In this document: positions 55,974 through 64,000 of the stretch, piece by piece
How positions within the stretch are numbered: the first letter of the stretch is position 1
Layout of the letters: every line of letters begins with the position of its first letter
Assembly: GCA_963850165.1 (NCBI GenBank)
Contig: CAWKKK010000010.1
Location: 56,799 to 120,798, forward strand
DNA from: an uncultured Acidobacteriaceae bacterium
Lineage (GTDB): Bacteria > Acidobacteriota > Terriglobia > Terriglobales > Acidobacteriaceae
DNA: 64,000 nt
Reading direction: 5' to 3'
Made by a program: the position numbers and the translations under genes
The notes under the pieces: model-generated
Told to the model about the DNA's origin: nothing
Database searches by the model: none
What the model saw: the letters and a program-made list of their open reading frames with translations, nothing else

Positions 55974-55992
55974 TAAAAGGAAACGAGCCTAA

Positions 55993-56084
55993 CGCACGAT
56001 TGTTGCGTCGCAAAGAACGCGACGCGTCGCGCAGCTCACCAGATCCTTCAGCGACGAAAACCTTGTCGCTTCAGGATGACAAAC
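55993..56084. repeat. REP-like element, second copy of the 49331-49420 family
   Basis: cgcacgattgttgcgtcgcaaagaacgcgacgcgtcgcgcagctcaccagatccttc..caggatgacaaac. Confidence 0.75.
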
Positions 56085-56112
56085 AAGTTCGGGGGCGAAC
56101 TGGTTCGCCCCC
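56078..56112 (-). terminator. rho-independent terminator after rpoC
   Basis: On the minus strand, gggggcgaac-cag-ttcgccccc is followed by gaacttgtttgt, starting 22 nt after the rpoC stop. Confidence 0.7.
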
Positions 56113-56133
56113 GATCTCGATTGTAGTTTCGCC

Positions 56134-60321
<4,188 letters not shown>

Positions 60322-60349
60322 GGTGTTCCTCCGCTTCCTGCTCTCAGGA

Positions 60350-60506
60350 CAGTGGCCAGTGATCAGTGGTCGGTGATCAGTGGCCAGTTTTTTATGTTTC
60401 GCGGTTGCCGAGAGCCTTTGCCCCGCGAAACGTTCCTTCAAAATTCTTGGGTGGCGTTGCGGCCAGCGTCAGCGCCTTACTGGCCACTGATCACTGACCA
60501 CTGACC
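60350..60506. repeat. inverted pair of CAGTGGY heptamer arrays in the rpoB-rpoC spacer
   Basis: Arm 60350-60388 (cagtggc cagtgat cagtggt cggtgat cagtggc cagt) pairs with arm 60479-60506 at about 26 of 28 positions. A 10-bp inner hairpin gtttcgcgg..ccgcgaaac lies between them. Confidence 0.85.
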
Positions 60507-60512
60507 CTGCTC

Positions 60513-64000
<3,488 letters not shown>

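Overview
High-GC bacterial chromosomal segment. From gene content (LpxI, TonB-type and CarboxypepD_reg-type envelope proteins) and a dense load of REP-like repeats, I infer an Acidobacteriota-like organism; nothing was searched. Most of the window is housekeeping: pyrC-pyrB, hemB, mutS2, the dnaG-rpoD pair, dnaB, lepA, maf, tatA, fabZ-lpxA-lpxI, miaA, pyk, rpoC and rpoB, plus many secreted peptidases and lipoproteins. No rRNA, tRNA or CRISPR array was seen. Two genes run off the window edges and are absent or truncated in the ORF track: pyrC (1-1016, minus) and the 5' part of rpoB. The clearest accessory region is a lower-GC (judged by eye) nuclease island at about 16.8-21.2 kb, between rpoD and dnaB. 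It holds a RAYT/IS200-like transposase with about 80-nt inverted repeats and an SRA-like/Mrr-type restriction nuclease. It also holds a small acidic ORF coupled to an Eco29kI-like GIY-YIG nuclease with no methyltransferase, and a stand-alone PD-(D/E)XK nuclease. These are followed by about 550 nt of ORF-free, hairpin-rich sequence that ends in a strong terminator. Other notable signals: (1) a 15-nt CCACA-box motif shared by the dnaG and dnaB upstream regions and the island's noncoding segment; (2) a diverged copy of the hemB 3' end flanking a 1.7-kb insert; (3) six reading-frame disruptions, all in non-essential genes; (4) heptanucleotide tandem arrays at several loci, including inside maf and dnaG, in the lepA leader, and as a long inverted pair between rpoB and rpoC; (5) at least four REP-like repeat families. 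All functional calls rest on motifs I recognise in the translations. No database search was run.
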